From Candidatus Auribacterota bacterium (lineage in GTDB: Bacteria; Auribacterota; UBA6266): a stretch of DNA of 6,148 nt. The notes under the pieces are model-generated. The model made no database searches. It was given only the letters and a program-made list of their open reading frames with translations, and was not told where the DNA came from. The stretch's first letter is position 1. Every line of letters starts with the position of its first letter. Shown one piece after another: positions 5,451 to 6,148 of this stretch. The DNA lies in the NCBI GenBank assembly GCA_023136205.1, contig JAGLRQ010000138.1:1-6148 (forward strand), in the 5' to 3' direction. A program made the translations under genes and the position numbers.

Positions 5451-6148
5451 TTACTGAACCAAAGATTTTAATGTTTCAAGGCTTTTATTATTTTCCACGA
5501 CACAGCATTTTTTGCCGGAATCAATTCTTTTTAAAAGGCCTGTTAAAACTTTCCCGCAGCCAGGCTCAACAAACAGATTAATACCATTCTCTATCATAGA
5601 TTCAACACATTTTTGCCATAGCACCGGACTGGTTACCTGGGTTGCCAGAAGCGCCCTGATATCAGATTTTTCATTATAAAAACTACCTGACACGTTGCAT
5701 GTTATTTTCATCACAGGTGAAGCTAATTCAACTTTGTTAAGTTCACCAACAAGTTTTTCTTCCGCTTCACGCATTAATGATGAATGATATGCTCCTGCCA
5801 CTTTAATCTCTATTGCTCTTTTAATACCCGCTTCTTTTGCTATTTCAATAGCTTTTAAAACAGCCGGGCGGCTTCCGGAAATTACAACCTGCCCGGGAGA
5901 ATTTATATTGGCCACTCCTATCTCTCCTGTCTCTCCCGCAACTTTTTCAACAATCTCCCTTGCCGTTTTTTCATCCGAGCCTAATAAGGAGGCCATCGTC
6001 CCTTCATTCTTTTCACAGGCCTCCTGCATAAGAGAACCCCTCTTATATACAAGAGAAACAGCATCTTCGAACTTAAGTGCTCCCGCGCAAACCAGCGCGG
6101 AATATTCCCCGAGGCTTAACCCCCCGCACATTACCGGTTTAATCCTAA
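5451..6148 (-). CDS. fabD: Malonyl CoA-acyl carrier protein transacylase; 5' end lies beyond the window
   Basis: The frame stays open upstream of the track's ATG (6131) to the window edge (...RIKPVMCGGLSLGEYSALVCAGAL). Motifs include the GxSxG nucleophile elbow plus EYSALV, then KRGSLMQEA, NSPGQVVISG, AGAYHSSLM (catalytic His) and VEPGCGKVLTGLLKRI. These align along the length of E. coli FabD from its GHSLGEY motif onward. About 90 N-terminal residues are missing. Confidence 0.93.
   Translation of the reverse strand, partial: RIKPVMCGGLSLGEYSALVCAGALKFEDAVSLVYKRGSLMQEACEKNEGTMASLLGSDEKTAREIVEKVAGETGEIGVANINSPGQVVISGSRPAVLKAIEIAKEAGIKRAIEIKVAGAYHSSLMREAEEKLVGELNKVELASPVMKITCNVSGSFYNEKSDIRALLATQVTSPVLWQKCVESMIENGINLFVEPGCGKVLTGLLKRIDSGKKCCVVENNKSLETLKSLVQ

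Noticed and set aside
5013-5471. A 152-aa plus-strand ORF antisense to fabG. ORFs at 1992..2201, 2198..2560 and 2301..2567 are antisense to the ACAD, and ORFs at 3415..3630 and 3820..4008 are antisense to fabF.
   Set aside because: The reasoning is the same as for the other plus-strand ORFs. They are embedded in genes whose minus-strand products match well-known families end to end. They have no motifs and no plausible start context.
6111-6125. The FabD nucleophile elbow reads G-L-S-L-G instead of the familiar G-H-S-L-G.
   Set aside because: The catalytic Ser, the downstream Arg and the catalytic His (AYHSSLM) are all present. I believe Leu variants occur in some bacterial FabDs, but I cannot quantify their rarity without an alignment. 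It is not a defensible anomaly.

Overview
The window is a single co-directional gene string on the minus strand, and I find no credible plus-strand gene. Reading in the direction of transcription (right to left), the order is as follows. First come fabD (5' end off the window), fabG, acpP and fabF, the core of a type II fatty-acid synthase operon. Next is a 77-nt spacer carrying a dyad of phased GTTATT octamers that folds as a long hairpin followed by a U-tract. After that come a butyryl-CoA-dehydrogenase-type acyl-CoA dehydrogenase (ACAD), EtfB (GTG start, 1-nt overlap with the ACAD stop), and an EtfA with an N-terminal 2x[4Fe-4S] ferredoxin domain. The EtfA frame runs off the left edge, so it is missing from the supplied ORF track; I translated it by hand and it is open for 351 codons. 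All plus-strand ORFs in the track are antisense shadows of these genes. There are no rRNA or tRNA genes, CRISPR arrays or mobile elements. The most interesting point is the direct juxtaposition of FAS genes with a Bcd/EtfBA module whose EtfB and EtfA look like the electron-bifurcating type. The FabG also carries an NADH-type cofactor signature. Together these suggest, as a hypothesis only, an NADH-driven, ferredoxin-reducing enoyl-thioester reductase working with the FAS. The mundane alternative is two neighbouring operons, and it cannot be excluded from this window. The DNA is moderately AT-rich, and the organism cannot be identified from the sequence alone.
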